Assembly (NCBI GenBank): GCA_002633005.1
Contig: NMRA01000948.1
Coordinates: forward strand, 3,629 to 67,628
Length of the DNA stretch: 64,000 nucleotides
Reading direction: 5' to 3'
Source of the DNA: Phoronis australis
Lineage: Eukaryota > Animalia > Phoronida
Under the pieces are notes generated by a model. That model did not search any database. It was not told where the DNA came from and was given only the letters and a program-made list of their open reading frames with translations. Shown piece by piece: positions 62,613 to 64,000 of the stretch; within the stretch, counting starts at the first letter, position 1, and each line of letters begins with the position of its first letter. The position numbers and the translations under genes are program-made.

Positions 62613-64000
62613 AGGCTGTGTTCCATTGATGGCAATTAAGACACCCAGAAGCAGGTGCAACAGGAAATCTTTGCTTATGGATTTGTAAACAGTGAATTCT
62701 ATCACATAGTGCAACATTCCAAGCTTATCGACCAATCACTTCATTGGTCGACAATTTTTATGGTATGCTAGTTAGGACTTCAGCATAATTGACCTATCGC
62801 CAGGACTTAAAGTGATGGCTTAAATGACCAATCAGAGTGCAGTATTCTTGACACACCTATGTTTCCAAGCTGCCATTTTACCCAGCTAACAACACATTGT
62901 CGAATAAAACTTGATGTTTGACGACATTTCGCAAGGAGGCGGAGCTTGCACTAAGTCAATAGCAAAGTCTTGCGCAAACTTGCTTTTTCGCCAGTGTGCG
63001 GCTGTAGAGCACACCTCTGGCACATTAGATTTGAAAGAACACCAAACGATATTCAGCAACGCCAGAAATTTGTAACATTCTTGATCCGCTAGGTGACGCT
63101 TTGCGCCATGTCCCTAACCAATCATAACAACGCATAGTAAGGTTAAAGGTCAGGAAGCTTGGGCGCTAGTACCGCGAGCCCGACTGAAGTCTGCAGAGCA
63201 ATACTTGTCAAGTTTACAATAACAATCTTTGGAATTTCTGGAATTACACAGTCTACAGTATGACAGTGCTAGCTGGGTCATTGGGGTCACAGCTCAATGT
63301 TAACTTGTAGGCCTACACATAAGCACAACAAAAGTGAATTGAACACCAGCCAGCCGGCGTGTGCTTGCAGCCCTAAGCGGGCTGCCAAAGCGCTTTTTAT
63401 TAATCTTCAGATGATTGCCTATACATATTTGTGTCCGGAATCCACTCCAATGTAACAGTATTAAATTAAGACGAAAGGACAACGTTCTGTGGATCACAAA
63501 ACGAAACAACATTTTGAAAGATAACCAGTATCAACTATACTCACAGACGAAAAACCTGCATAAAACTGTATAAAATCCGACTTTTTTCAAAGTTCGAAAG
63601 TATTTCTAAACTCATACCGGATGAGAAAATGAACATAACAGTTTCTTACCGATTCTGAGCTAATCTCTCATCTATACAGAGTGCAAATTCCATTGCAAGA
63701 CAGCCGGGCGATCGGCAACATTTCATCTCACAGCACTGTACGTGGATCCATTTTCTGAACACAAGAGACGTGGAAAATTTTTCGAAAAACAGCATGAAAT
63801 TTGGACCAGCAACCTCTGAGTACTCCTGGTAACCACCTCTGCTATCGGCAAATCCGATGGCAAAATGAATTCAGCCACAAACTTGACTTCAAAATGAGCT
63901 ATGCGCTCAAATATGGGCTTCCGGACGATCGTTAACATAGGCCTGAATGGGGCAAACTTCAAACTTCAAGAGACGTGGAAAAATTTTCACCAATGACGCT

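Overview
Intron-rich, AT-rich eukaryotic (animal, probably marine invertebrate) genomic DNA, not prokaryotic. Exons were assembled by hand using GT-AG boundaries and phase continuity. The window holds: (1) two tandem + strand paralogs of a Cys-rich 'short-chain collagen C4'-like protein with no Gly-X-Y region (copy 1 partial at 1-1001, copy 2 complete at 2682-7188); (2) the first 15 coding exons (710 codons) of DNA polymerase delta catalytic subunit POLD1 on the - strand (25989 to 10036), with no further exons found in the 10 kb below, so the collagen-like genes are either nested antisense in a large POLD1 intron or this POLD1 is truncated; (3) three + strand LITAF-domain genes with identical intron phases (28832-31682, 46774-49637, 57631-59722); (4) an intact pogo/CENP-B-type DNA-binding-only ORF (39631-40101) followed by a decayed DDE remnant and flanked by two copies of a TTAA-type MITE; (5) many non-autonomous elements (a Mutator-like foldback with a perfect 9-bp TSD, hAT-like and Kolobok-like MITEs, a Helentron-associated-like element, LINE tails, tRNA-derived heads, THAP remnants) and minisatellites. 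Family assignments come from motif recognition only; no database search was run.
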